Part shown: positions 63,428-64,000 of the stretch, in pieces
How the letters are laid out: each line of letters begins with the position of its first letter
Position numbering within the stretch: the stretch's first letter is position 1
Source of the DNA: Isurus oxyrinchus
Taxonomy: Eukaryota
Assembly (NCBI GenBank): GCA_026770705.1
Contig: JANJGN010000140.1
Location: 558,001 to 622,000, forward strand
DNA length: 64,000 bases
Direction of reading: 5' to 3'
Program-made: the position numbers and the translations under genes
The notes under the pieces: generated by a model
Databases searched by the model: none
Told to the model about the DNA's origin: nothing
Seen by the model: only the letters and a program-made list of their open reading frames with translations

Positions 63428-64000
63428 TGCATCTGTTCTGATGACGCTACCTTCAAAAACAGTTCCTCTGACATGTCCTCCTTCTTTCTTAACCGAGGTT
63501 TTCCACCCACGGTCGTTGACAGGACCCTCAACCATGTCCGGCCCATCTCCCGCGCATCCGCCCTCACGCCTTCTCCTCCCTCCCAGAAACATGATAGGGT
63601 CCCCCTTGTCCTCACTTATCACCCCACTAGCCTCCTCATTCAAAGGATCATCCTCCGCCATTTCCGACAACTCCAGCATGATGCCACCACCAAACACATC
63701 TTCCCTTCACCCCCCACCTATCGGCATTCCGTAGGGATCGTTCCCTTTGGGACACCCTGGTCCACTCCTCCATCACCCCCTACTCCTCAACCCCCTCCTA
63801 TGGCACCACCTCATGCCCATGCAAAAGATGCAACACCTGGCCCTTCAATTCCTCTCTCCTCACCGTCCAAGGGCCCAAACACTCCTTTCAAGTGAAGCAG
63901 CATTTCACTTGCATTTCCTCCAACTTAGTCTACTGCATTCGTTGCTCCCAATGTGGTCACCTCTACATTGGAGAAACCAAACGTAAACTGGGTGACCGCT
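63428..64000 (+). mobile_element. Inverted partial copy of the adjacent Penelope-like element (runs off the window)
   Basis: Reverse complement of about 62585-63150 (MSSFFLNRGFPPTV..DRVPLVLTYHP). Confidence 0.9.

Noticed and set aside
1-64000. TCR constant exons, D-delta/J-delta segments, or intact IgH-type (TAILV) V segments
   Set aside because: None recognised by eye; only the NAR-TCR D and J were found.

Overview
Vertebrate genomic DNA, almost certainly cartilaginous fish (shark), from the V-segment region of the T-cell receptor alpha/delta locus. The centrepiece is an apparently intact minus-strand NAR-TCR cassette at 35.8-39.1 kb: leader, IgNAR-like V (22-bp-spacer RSS), one 12/12-RSS D, a J (23-RSS), then a leaderless supporting TCR-delta V carrying an extra CDR1 cysteine. 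Directly downstream of the supporting V, its 23-RSS is amplified into a tandem array of six complete RSSs plus a seventh heptamer; this is the most unusual feature in the window. Around the cassette lie one open but non-canonical TCR V, about ten V pseudogenes or relics in both orientations (several with co-oriented CTCF-like motifs downstream), CR1/L2-type LINE fragments, Penelope-like (GIY-YIG) elements with hammerhead-like termini, a degenerate 27-bp satellite, and two assembly gaps. No TCR D-delta, J-delta or constant exons are visible. Repeat boundaries are approximate because they were read by eye.
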